Shown here: positions 9,421 to 17,615 of the stretch, piece by piece
Position numbering within the stretch: the first letter of the stretch is position 1
Layout of the letters: the number at the start of each line of letters is the position of its first letter
Origin: Gammaproteobacteria bacterium
GTDB lineage: Bacteria; Pseudomonadota; Gammaproteobacteria; GCA-002705445; GCA-002716945
Assembly: GCA_030835925.1 (NCBI GenBank)
Contig: JAURQW010000012.1
Span: 3,500-67,499 of the forward strand
Length of the DNA stretch: 64,000 nucleotides
Direction: 5' to 3'
Program-made: the position numbers and the translations under genes
Notes under the pieces: generated by a model
The model's database searches: none
Told to the model about the DNA's origin: nothing
The model's input: the letters and a program-made list of their open reading frames with translations, nothing else

Positions 9421-10036
9421 GATAAGTGTTATAGATTATGGTTTATGCAATCTATATAATGTAAGCAATGCTCTTAATCATTTGAAAGCTAAAGTTGAGA
9501 TAATTGAAAATCCGAGAGATGTGTCTAATGCTACACATTTAATTTTGCCAGGAGTGGGCGCTTTTAAAAATGGAATGAGAGGCTTAAAAATCAGAAATCT
9601 GATTGAACCAATAAAAGAACATATTGATAAAAACAAACCCTTTCTAGGCATATGTTTAGGCATGCAGATGATGTTATCTAAGAGTTATGAATTTGATGAA
9701 ATTGAGGGATTAAACATCATAGACGGAGATGTTGTAAAGATTCCTCAAATTAATGATAAAGGACAGACCCATAAAATACCACATATTGGCTGGAATAGAA
9801 TAATTTATAAAGATGATAGGATTACGCATGGACAAAACAAAAAATCATCAATGTATTTTGTTCATTCATATAAAGCTGAATGTAATAATCCTAAAAATAT
9901 TCTTGCTCACACACTTTACAATAACATAGAAATATCTGCAATTATCAATTCTAAAAATGCCTATGGATGCCAGTTTCATCCAGAAAAAAGTGGGAAGTAT
10001 GGATTACGTTTACTTAATGAATTTATCAAACTATAA
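9413..10036 (+). CDS. HisH-like class-I glutamine amidotransferase paralog (WbuY-like)
   Basis: ISVIDYGLCNL, nucleophile motif GICLGMQ and the His region QFHPEKS. Confidence 0.8.
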   Translation: MNKISVIDYGLCNLYNVSNALNHLKAKVEIIENPRDVSNATHLILPGVGAFKNGMRGLKIRNLIEPIKEHIDKNKPFLGICLGMQMMLSKSYEFDEIEGLNIIDGDVVKIPQINDKGQTHKIPHIGWNRIIYKDDRITHGQNKKSSMYFVHSYKAECNNPKNILAHTLYNNIEISAIINSKNAYGCQFHPEKSGKYGLRLLNEFIKL

Positions 10037-10048
10037 AAGGAGAGGACT

Positions 10049-11293
10049 ATGGGTAAAATAATTAAAGTTTCAGATGATATATTTGATAAACAGTTAGAGC
10101 AGTTGCCTAAAGAAGTTACTTTTTGTAAAAAATGTGTTATTTCAAACCAACGTCCGAGAATAAGATGGGGATTGAAAGAGGATGGCGTCTGTTCTGCTTG
10201 TGATTATGCTCATGAGAAAGATAATGAAATTGATTGGGATGAGAGAGAGAGACAGTTGCAGAAAGTTTGTGACGAACATAGGTCTACAGACGGTTCTTGG
10301 GATGTGATAGTACCGAGTTCAGGTGGGAAAGATAGTGGCATGGTCGCTCATAAGCTAAAATATAAGTATGGAATGCATCCTTTAACCATAACCTGGGCAC
10401 CTTTTATATATACAGAAATTGGATGGAAGAATTTTATAGCACTTAAAGATAAGGGCTTTGATAACATACTAGTTCATCCAGACGGTATTTTACACAGAAA
10501 ATTATCACTCCTAGCATTTGATCTTCATGGAGATGCATGGGATCCGTTCGGTTATGGACAACAGTATTTAGCGTATCACTTGTCAGTTAAGTATAATATA
10601 CCGCTAATCTTTTTTGGAGAAAATGGTGAAATAGAGTATGGGGGTGAAGATAAACATAAAAATATGGTAGAGGCTCCTATGGAAGACTGGGAAGAAATAT
10701 TTTATAAAGGTAGTAGTGCTCAAAAACTTGTAGATGCTGGGTTAAAACGAAATATTTTCACAAAGGAAGAAATTGCTTCATTATCTTTTGATTTTTATCA
10801 ACCGCCCAAAAAAGAGGATTTACAACGTGTAGGCTCGAGAGGTCATTGGATGTCATATTATGAAAGGTGGACACCTCAATGGAATTATTACTATGCTGTT
10901 GAAAACACCGGGTTTATAGCTAATGACGATAGATCAGAGGGTACATATCAGAAATATGGAAGTATTGATGATAGATTAGATGGTTTTCATTGGTGGATGG
11001 CTTACATGAAATTTGGAATTTGCAGAACAACATATGATGCTGCTCATGAAATTAGAGATGGGCATATTAATCGAGATGAGGCTGTTGCTTTAGTTCATAA
11101 GTATGATGGAGAATTCCCTGCTAAGTATTGGAAAGATTTTCTAGAATATCTAGATATTACTGATAAAGAATTTTGGTATATAGCTGATAAATATAGAAGC
11201 AGACATATATGGGAGCCAAGTGGACATAAGTCTAGTGGTTACTCGCCTGAAGCTCAATATAAGTTATGGAAATTAAAACATCTAGTTGACTAA
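10049..11293 (+). CDS. Second N-acetyl sugar amidotransferase (WbuX/PseA family paralog)
   Basis: CKKCVISNQRPR, GVCSACD and PSSGGKDSG. It is clearly collinear with the 7337-8653 product. Confidence 0.8.
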   Translation: MGKIIKVSDDIFDKQLEQLPKEVTFCKKCVISNQRPRIRWGLKEDGVCSACDYAHEKDNEIDWDERERQLQKVCDEHRSTDGSWDVIVPSSGGKDSGMVAHKLKYKYGMHPLTITWAPFIYTEIGWKNFIALKDKGFDNILVHPDGILHRKLSLLAFDLHGDAWDPFGYGQQYLAYHLSVKYNIPLIFFGENGEIEYGGEDKHKNMVEAPMEDWEEIFYKGSSAQKLVDAGLKRNIFTKEEIASLSFDFYQPPKKEDLQRVGSRGHWMSYYERWTPQWNYYYAVENTGFIANDDRSEGTYQKYGSIDDRLDGFHWWMAYMKFGICRTTYDAAHEIRDGHINRDEAVALVHKYDGEFPAKYWKDFLEYLDITDKEFWYIADKYRSRHIWEPSGHKSSGYSPEAQYKLWKLKHLVD

Positions 11294-11295
11294 TA

Positions 11296-11955
11296 ATGAG
11301 TAGAATTAACGCAATATACGGTACTGGTGGTTTTGCGAGAGAAGTCATACCTATTTTAAATGAGCAGTATCCCAATGATGATAATATTTTTGTTATACAC
11401 AGAGAGCATCTAACATCTGAAAAATGTATAAATGGATATTCAGTAATGTCATATGAGGATTTTATAGATATATCATCGAAAGAAAAATCCATAACAGTTG
11501 CAATATCAGATGCATCAATAAGATCCAGGATTTCTACTATCATTAATCAGGATGGGGTCAGGCAAAGCAGTATTATATCTAACAAATCAGTTATAATGGA
11601 TGAGGTTATGATATCAAATGGCACAATAATTTGTCCATTTGTAACTATAACCTCTAATATTAGAATAGGACAGAATTTTCATGCCAACATATATAGTTAT
11701 GTAGCACATGATTGTATTATAGGCGATAATGTAACTTTTGCTCCATCAGTCAAATGTAATGGGAACGTAATAATTGAAGATAATGTTTACATTGGCACTG
11801 GAGCTATTATTAAACAAGGTAAGAGTAATAATCCGATAATCCTAGGAGCTAACTCTATTATTTCAGCAGGTTCATTTGTAACAAGAAATGTACAAGCGTC
11901 AACTACTGTGTACGGAAATCCAGCCAAAATATTATCAAAATCCTCTATTAAATAA
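11296..11955 (+). CDS. NeuD/PglB-family hexapeptide-repeat sugar N/O-acyltransferase (LegH-like candidate)
   Basis: An N-terminal IYGTGGFAREV Rossmann-like domain followed by left-handed beta-helix repeats (IGDNVTF, IEDNVYIGTGAII). Confidence 0.75.
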   Translation: MSRINAIYGTGGFAREVIPILNEQYPNDDNIFVIHREHLTSEKCINGYSVMSYEDFIDISSKEKSITVAISDASIRSRISTIINQDGVRQSSIISNKSVIMDEVMISNGTIICPFVTITSNIRIGQNFHANIYSYVAHDCIIGDNVTFAPSVKCNGNVIIEDNVYIGTGAIIKQGKSNNPIILGANSIISAGSFVTRNVQASTTVYGNPAKILSKSSIK

Positions 11956-11963
11956 ATATTATA

Positions 11964-12389
11964 ATGAGCAAATCTCTAAAAAAATCTATACCTATTGAAA
12001 AAATAGTAATAGGCATGTCAGCATCTATTAAAAAAGTTATTGAGTTTGATGATATAAAACTATTTGCAAAATTATCAGGAGATACAAATGCAATTCATCT
12101 CGACAAAGAATATGCTGCTAACTCCAAGTACAAAAAAAATATTGCCCATGGATTAATGTCATCATCATACTTTTCGGGTATATTTGGAACACAATTGCCT
12201 GGAGAAGGTTCTATATATACGTATCAATCACTTAAATTTAAAAGACCAATCTATGTAGGAGATGAAGTTGAAGCCAGGGTGATTGTTTCTAATATCGATA
12301 TTGATAAAAAAAGAGTAAAATTTACAACACAATGCCTAGTTAAATCAAAAATATGCATTGATGGTGAAGCAGAAATATCAATTCCATGA
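11964..12389 (+). CDS. MaoC-like (R)-specific enoyl-CoA/ACP hydratase (hot-dog fold)
   Basis: SGDTNAIHLD...IAHGL motif characteristic of MaoC dehydratases; 141 aa. Confidence 0.75.
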   Translation: MSKSLKKSIPIEKIVIGMSASIKKVIEFDDIKLFAKLSGDTNAIHLDKEYAANSKYKKNIAHGLMSSSYFSGIFGTQLPGEGSIYTYQSLKFKRPIYVGDEVEARVIVSNIDIDKKRVKFTTQCLVKSKICIDGEAEISIP

Positions 12390-13150
12390 ATATCATACAA
12401 CTTATAAAACGAATTATAGATTTAAACAAAGGTCAAATATACAATATATTTTCTAGTGAAGCACTTCTTAGAATAATCGCATGGTATGTTACCCCTATAT
12501 TTTATTACTTGCGATGCTCGCCTAATTTAATCTCCGTAATTGCTTTGTTCGTTGGGCTCTATGCGTCATTACTAATATTTATTTATGGGTTAGATTATAT
12601 TGGTTATGGCATAGGTTTATATGTATTATCAATTATAATCGATCACTGTGATGGAAATATTGCAAGGTTAAAAAATATCCCAACATTCTTTGGTAGATTC
12701 ATGGATGGTCTATTTGATATAATTGTTCTCGGAATATTTCAGTCTTCAATCCTTTATGCATTTATTAGTGAACCTGAGGAGTTATCTGATATTACTCGTA
12801 ATTTCAGCGACCCTTTATTAATATTATTCATAATTAGTATTTTTTTTACTCCTATACAGCATTTGATTTATGATAGGTACTCTGCCTACACAAGATGGAT
12901 AAAAGAAGAACACTCTTTAGTAATACAGCCCACTTTAAGGAGGGAAGTTTCTTTCATATTTATAGATTTCATTAATGACTCACTGTTAATCTTGCTAATT
13001 ATATTGCCGTTTTACTTTGATATAGTAGTCATTTACTTTCTCATAAATTTATTGGCATCAATATATATAGTATTATTACATTTACTCTTTTCTAAGAAAT
13101 ACATGAGTGCTCATGCGGAGAATCATCGTAAAAAAGATATAAAAAGATAA
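12386..13150 (+). CDS. CDP-alcohol phosphatidyltransferase-family membrane enzyme
   Basis: Exact family signature DG-x2-AR-x8-G-x3-D-x3-D in DHCDGNIARLKNIPTFFGRFMDGLFD, with multiple TM helices. Confidence 0.85.
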   Translation: MNIIQLIKRIIDLNKGQIYNIFSSEALLRIIAWYVTPIFYYLRCSPNLISVIALFVGLYASLLIFIYGLDYIGYGIGLYVLSIIIDHCDGNIARLKNIPTFFGRFMDGLFDIIVLGIFQSSILYAFISEPEELSDITRNFSDPLLILFIISIFFTPIQHLIYDRYSAYTRWIKEEHSLVIQPTLRREVSFIFIDFINDSLLILLIILPFYFDIVVIYFLINLLASIYIVLLHLLFSKKYMSAHAENHRKKDIKR

Positions 13151-14442
13151 TGAAATATAGAACAATATATATTGCTGGAATTAATAGAAGCGGAGGCTCA
13201 TTATTATCAAGACTATTTGATGGCCATACTGATATATTAAGTTATCCAACTGAATTAGGTTTTCCTACTGACGAAAATCTTTACGAAATCACTGATTCTT
13301 ACTCCGGTGTACCGCAAACAATCCCATCAATCAATTTTGAAAAAGAGAATGATTTTTATTCGATATTAGAGCTACCCACAGAGAAACATCAATATTCGAC
13401 TACATGGGGTAAGGAAAAAGCAGATCCAATGGGAGTGAGGGATAATTACCTCGAGAAGAATTTTTATGGAAATGTAAGTGCAACTTTTGATTATGATAAA
13501 TTTGCCAGTATATTCAACAAGTTATCAAAAAAATCAAGGTGTATTGAGGACCTATATAGTGCAAGACACCATGCTTATTTTAGCGCTTGGAATAACGGTG
13601 AATATATAAAAAATCAGTCAACTGTTGTTATGCAAGATAGTGGAGGAATATATTTAACTAATATAGACAAATTTTTTAAAGACTTTAAAGAATCTATATT
13701 AATTTATCCTCTAAGAGATCTTATGGGCTATGTAGCAGCTGAAAAGGTCAGATACGCCAGAAGGTTCTTTGGGTCGAGGAGATTTGCTTTCCCGCAACTT
13801 CCGAATTATTTTGTAAAAAAATTTGATCACTATGATCTTGATGCTCAAATCAAAGGATGGTTATGCGCGTTAACCAGAGTAAGAATACTTCAAGAAAAAT
13901 ATAATATAAATAATCAATTTATAGTTTATAGTCATAACACACTTACAGCAAATGCTAGAAATACAATGCAAAAACTCTCTAGTCTATCTAAAATAGATTA
14001 TGAAGATATATTATTAAATCCTACTATTGGCAAAAATGATTGGCTAGGTAATTCTCACTATGGCCCTACAAAAGGAATATCTAATAGTATTTCAAAAAAT
14101 TATCCAAAGGTTTTGACTCATAAAGAAATATCAAGAATACATTTATTTATTGATAATATTGATAAATACATTAAATATAATGAGACTCCTGTAGATTTAA
14201 CGAATATTCCGAGTAAGTTTTTGTATGAATATAATAGACAGAAAAAATATTTTTCGGATAATGATAAACTAAGCCTTTACTATGCCGTAACTAACTCTAC
14301 TAAAAGAAGATATCATATTAAGCAAACACCTAATTACTCGATCTATGCGCTAATTTATGCATTCTTTGTTCGACTAGTACACATACCTAGAATGTTAAAA
14401 TTAAAGTATAGTAAAGGCAAAGGTAAACAAAATTATACATAA
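13150..14442 (+). CDS. Sulfotransferase-fold protein (putative glycan sulfotransferase)
   Basis: An N-terminal 5'-PSB-like loop (IAGINRSGGSLLSRLF) and a later RD-containing segment (IYPLRDLMGYVAAEK) resembling the 3'-PB motif. This is a motif-level call only. Confidence 0.5.
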   Translation: MKYRTIYIAGINRSGGSLLSRLFDGHTDILSYPTELGFPTDENLYEITDSYSGVPQTIPSINFEKENDFYSILELPTEKHQYSTTWGKEKADPMGVRDNYLEKNFYGNVSATFDYDKFASIFNKLSKKSRCIEDLYSARHHAYFSAWNNGEYIKNQSTVVMQDSGGIYLTNIDKFFKDFKESILIYPLRDLMGYVAAEKVRYARRFFGSRRFAFPQLPNYFVKKFDHYDLDAQIKGWLCALTRVRILQEKYNINNQFIVYSHNTLTANARNTMQKLSSLSKIDYEDILLNPTIGKNDWLGNSHYGPTKGISNSISKNYPKVLTHKEISRIHLFIDNIDKYIKYNETPVDLTNIPSKFLYEYNRQKKYFSDNDKLSLYYAVTNSTKRRYHIKQTPNYSIYALIYAFFVRLVHIPRMLKLKYSKGKGKQNYT

Positions 14443-14445
14443 AAG

Positions 14446-15405
14446 ATGACAAAATTATTTATAACACTGGGGCCATCAACGTTAAATAAGAAATTTCTAA
14501 CATCTGTTGATAGTAAAAAAATTAAATTATTAAGAATTAATCTATCTCATACTGATATCAAAGATTTGCCTTGGTTAGTAAGATTTATTAGAAAATATTC
14601 TAAAACACCTATATGTTTTGATAGTGAAGGCGCTCAAATAAGGACATCTAAATTAAAAGGGAAGACAAAAAAACTAATTAGCAATAAAATCATAAAAATC
14701 AACAAAAGTAATATTGAAAACAACGATATTACATTACTCCCCAAAGATATTTATAAACAAATCTCAAAAGGTGATACGTTATCAATAGATTTCAATAGTG
14801 TTGTTGTCAAAGTTGTTAGAGAAAATACTACTCACTTTGAATGCAAAGTCTTACAAGGTGGCACAATAGGGTCGAATAAAAGCATTGCTGTTGATAGGGA
14901 TATTGCCATTCCGCCATTTACAGACAAAGATTTGAAAGCATTTGAGATTGGCTCCAAGCTAAACATTAAAAACTATGCGCTATCTTTTACATCAAGAGCA
15001 ATGGACATCAGGCAGCTAAGAAGTTTTTTTAAATCCAAAATAATCATTACCTCAAAAATAGAGTCAAAAATGGCATTAAAAAATTTATCTGAGATACTAA
15101 AAGAAGCAGATAATATACTTATCGACAGAGGTGACTTATCAAAAGAAATACCGCTTCATGAAATTCCAAAAAAACAAAAAGAAATTATAAAGAGAGCGCG
15201 AAAAATTAAAACACCTGTTTATGTTGCTACAAACTTACTTGAATCTATGGTTACTAGGATGGAACCGACGAGAGCAGAGGTTAACGATGTTTATAATACA
15301 ATTATAGATGGTGCCACTGGTCTTGTTTTGGCAGCAGAGACTGCAATAGGCAAATATCCAGAAAAATGCATAGATATGATACTGAAAATTTCAAAAACTA
15401 CATAG
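14446..15405 (+). CDS. Pyruvate-kinase-like enzyme (A+B domains only, no C-terminal domain)
   Basis: ITLGPST..LRINLSH, DSEGAQIR, IESKMALKNL, DRGDLSKEIP and EPTRAEVNDVYNTIIDGATGLVLAAETAIGKYP are collinear with PK catalytic motifs. At 319 aa it ends where the PK C-domain would begin. Confidence 0.7.
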   Translation: MTKLFITLGPSTLNKKFLTSVDSKKIKLLRINLSHTDIKDLPWLVRFIRKYSKTPICFDSEGAQIRTSKLKGKTKKLISNKIIKINKSNIENNDITLLPKDIYKQISKGDTLSIDFNSVVVKVVRENTTHFECKVLQGGTIGSNKSIAVDRDIAIPPFTDKDLKAFEIGSKLNIKNYALSFTSRAMDIRQLRSFFKSKIIITSKIESKMALKNLSEILKEADNILIDRGDLSKEIPLHEIPKKQKEIIKRARKIKTPVYVATNLLESMVTRMEPTRAEVNDVYNTIIDGATGLVLAAETAIGKYPEKCIDMILKISKTT

Positions 15406-15951
15406 ATGTCATTAAATACTAAGAAATCAAAGATTATTTGGTTCACAGGAATGTCAGGAACAGGTAAAAGTTATTATTCAAAATTTTTGGAAGAGAAACT
15501 GAACAATAATAATAAAAAAGTTAACCTTATTGATGGTGATATCATAAGAGATCGATACAAAATAAAGGTAGGTTTTGAGTATAATGAAATATGTACTAAT
15601 AATAGAAATATTGCTAGGTTATGTGAAAAAGAATACAAGAACTATGATATTACAATTGTTTCTGTAATCTCGCCCTATGAATTAATAAGACAAGAGATAA
15701 AAAATAAATTTCGAGATGATTTCCTACTAATTTATGTTCACTCTGATATTGAATCGCTTAAGGACAGAGATACAAAAGGTTTGTATAAAAAAGCAGATAT
15801 GGGGATAATCGATAACCTCATAGGTTATTCTAAAAAATCTATATATGAGCCGCCAGGAAGTCCAGATTTAATACTTGATACATCAAAAAACATCAAACCT
15901 TCTGAAAATATTAAACTACTTGATTGTTTTATAGATAAAAATATATTATGA
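15406..15951 (+). CDS. Adenylylsulfate (APS) kinase family protein (CysC-like; Cj1415-like is an alternative)
   Basis: P-loop GMSGTGKS, DGDIIR, SVISPY and KGLYKKA..G.I.N..GYS motifs of APS kinases. Confidence 0.75.
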   Translation: MSLNTKKSKIIWFTGMSGTGKSYYSKFLEEKLNNNNKKVNLIDGDIIRDRYKIKVGFEYNEICTNNRNIARLCEKEYKNYDITIVSVISPYELIRQEIKNKFRDDFLLIYVHSDIESLKDRDTKGLYKKADMGIIDNLIGYSKKSIYEPPGSPDLILDTSKNIKPSENIKLLDCFIDKNIL

Positions 15952-17594
15952 CTTGTATTAGGTTTCTCTCTAATAATAATGATATAAATTTTGATGATGA
16001 TGTAATTTATATTACTTTTTCAAAAGTATTTCACTTGCAACATATTAGTCTCAAAAATGTCTTTTATTTTTTTGATATCGACCCTAAGATTAATGAGAAA
16101 GAAATAAACTCACTAATTGAAAAAAATCTTTTTGATGAATCAATAAAAAATCATAATGATTTATATCCTTTATCTTTTAAATATATCTATAAATATTATT
16201 TAACATATACTCAGTTTTATAATAGATTGCATTATTTGATTAATCAATTTAGCGATGTAGATGAGATTCAGTATTCAACAAATATCTCTTTTATATTTTC
16301 AAGAGCTGTACAGAGTATTTGTGAAAATCATTCTATAGAGTCTCGTCCAACTAATGAAGAATTTGATGGATTTAGTTATAGACACAATGAGACTATGCTT
16401 AGTGATATTCCATATAAACAAGATGCGCATATATGGTATGTTTTTTTGTATGCGATGTATTTGAGAATAACTAGTCATAAGGTTTTCGTATTGCCATCCT
16501 CTTTTGTTATGAAATTGCCTAATTCAGTTAATCTTTTAAAGAGTTCAGTTTTCGCATTAAATGAAAAGATAAAACGCTTTTTAGGAATGCATAATTTATC
16601 TAAAAATTCATATAGTTTTAGTGAACTAAATTTTTCAAGAGAGATAGAAACTATGTATAAGTTAGATAGTAAGATTTGGGGCAATTATAGGAATGATCAA
16701 CTACAGCTAATAGAGCATTTAATTAATATTTTTTTTGAGAAGTTCACACCTAATTATTTAGTGTCCTTACAGGATAAAATAAGGAAACTATTTCGTTGGT
16801 CAAATACGAAATGTGTAATCCTTGATGAAACAATTGATGCTTACAGACGACTAATTGCATCAGCGTGCAATGATGAGAAAATAGATCTTGAATATATGCC
16901 GCATGGTATTATTTCAGAACATCTTCAATTTTCGTATACCTCAAATGAAAGTTATGTAAATAAATATATACCCAAAACTCTTGCTTGGAATAGTTTTTCA
17001 TCAGACTACCTAAAAAAAATGAACTTATCTTCTGTGCCAATAACATTCCCAATAAATATATCTCCACGAAAAAAGAACGATAGAAGGGATATTTTAGTCA
17101 TGCTTAGTTATGGAGATAGAGTCAATTTAAATCAATTTGAAGAGGATATAGTTGATATATTAGAGGTAGTGGATTGTACTAAATATAATATTGACTGGAA
17201 AATACATCAAAACATTTTTGAAAAAACTAATAAAATTATGAAAAAACAAAAATCTAATATTGAAAATATGTTAAATATGGAGCTTAATTTTATCCATCAT
17301 GATATTAAATCATCCTCAATATTGAAGAACTATGATTTTATAATTTTTACAACCTATACAACCGGAATTTATGAGGCAGCTTTACTAAACGTACCATTTG
17401 TTATTTATAGTAATGAAACAGAAGTATGTAATGGAATAAAAGTGCCCCTAATTCCTATAGCTAAAAATAAACATGACTTTAGATTAATGCTTAACCAAAC
17501 TAATAGTGACTACCTTAATCTAATAAAGAAATCTTTATTAGAAAATATATCATTAGATAAATACTTGCTGAAAAAAGCTAGGCGCATGATTTAA
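15948..17594 (+). CDS. Hypothetical 548-aa protein; possible novel glycosyl/nonulosonate transferase
   Basis: I recognise no motif. The C-terminal third (ILVMLSYGDR...FIIFTTYTTGIYEAALLNVPFVIY) looks Rossmann/GT-B-like. The start overlaps the upstream stop by 4 nt. Confidence 0.3.
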   Translation: MTCIRFLSNNNDINFDDDVIYITFSKVFHLQHISLKNVFYFFDIDPKINEKEINSLIEKNLFDESIKNHNDLYPLSFKYIYKYYLTYTQFYNRLHYLINQFSDVDEIQYSTNISFIFSRAVQSICENHSIESRPTNEEFDGFSYRHNETMLSDIPYKQDAHIWYVFLYAMYLRITSHKVFVLPSSFVMKLPNSVNLLKSSVFALNEKIKRFLGMHNLSKNSYSFSELNFSREIETMYKLDSKIWGNYRNDQLQLIEHLINIFFEKFTPNYLVSLQDKIRKLFRWSNTKCVILDETIDAYRRLIASACNDEKIDLEYMPHGIISEHLQFSYTSNESYVNKYIPKTLAWNSFSSDYLKKMNLSSVPITFPINISPRKKNDRRDILVMLSYGDRVNLNQFEEDIVDILEVVDCTKYNIDWKIHQNIFEKTNKIMKKQKSNIENMLNMELNFIHHDIKSSSILKNYDFIIFTTYTTGIYEAALLNVPFVIYSNETEVCNGIKVPLIPIAKNKHDFRLMLNQTNSDYLNLIKKSLLENISLDKYLLKKARRMI

Positions 17595-17615
17595 AGGTAT
17601 TTAAAAGATTTCTCT

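Noticed and set aside
8656-10036. hisF/hisH as genuine histidine-biosynthesis genes
   Set aside because: No other his genes are adjacent and the pair is sandwiched between two WbuX-type amidotransferases. The WbuZ/WbuY-type paralog role fits better.
11232-11543. 103-aa minus-strand ORF
   Set aside because: It is antisense to the amidotransferase/NeuD junction and has no motif.
14446-15405. Calling the PK-like gene the glycolytic pyruvate kinase (pyk)
   Set aside because: It lacks the whole C-terminal domain and sits inside the glycan operon, so I left it without a gene symbol.
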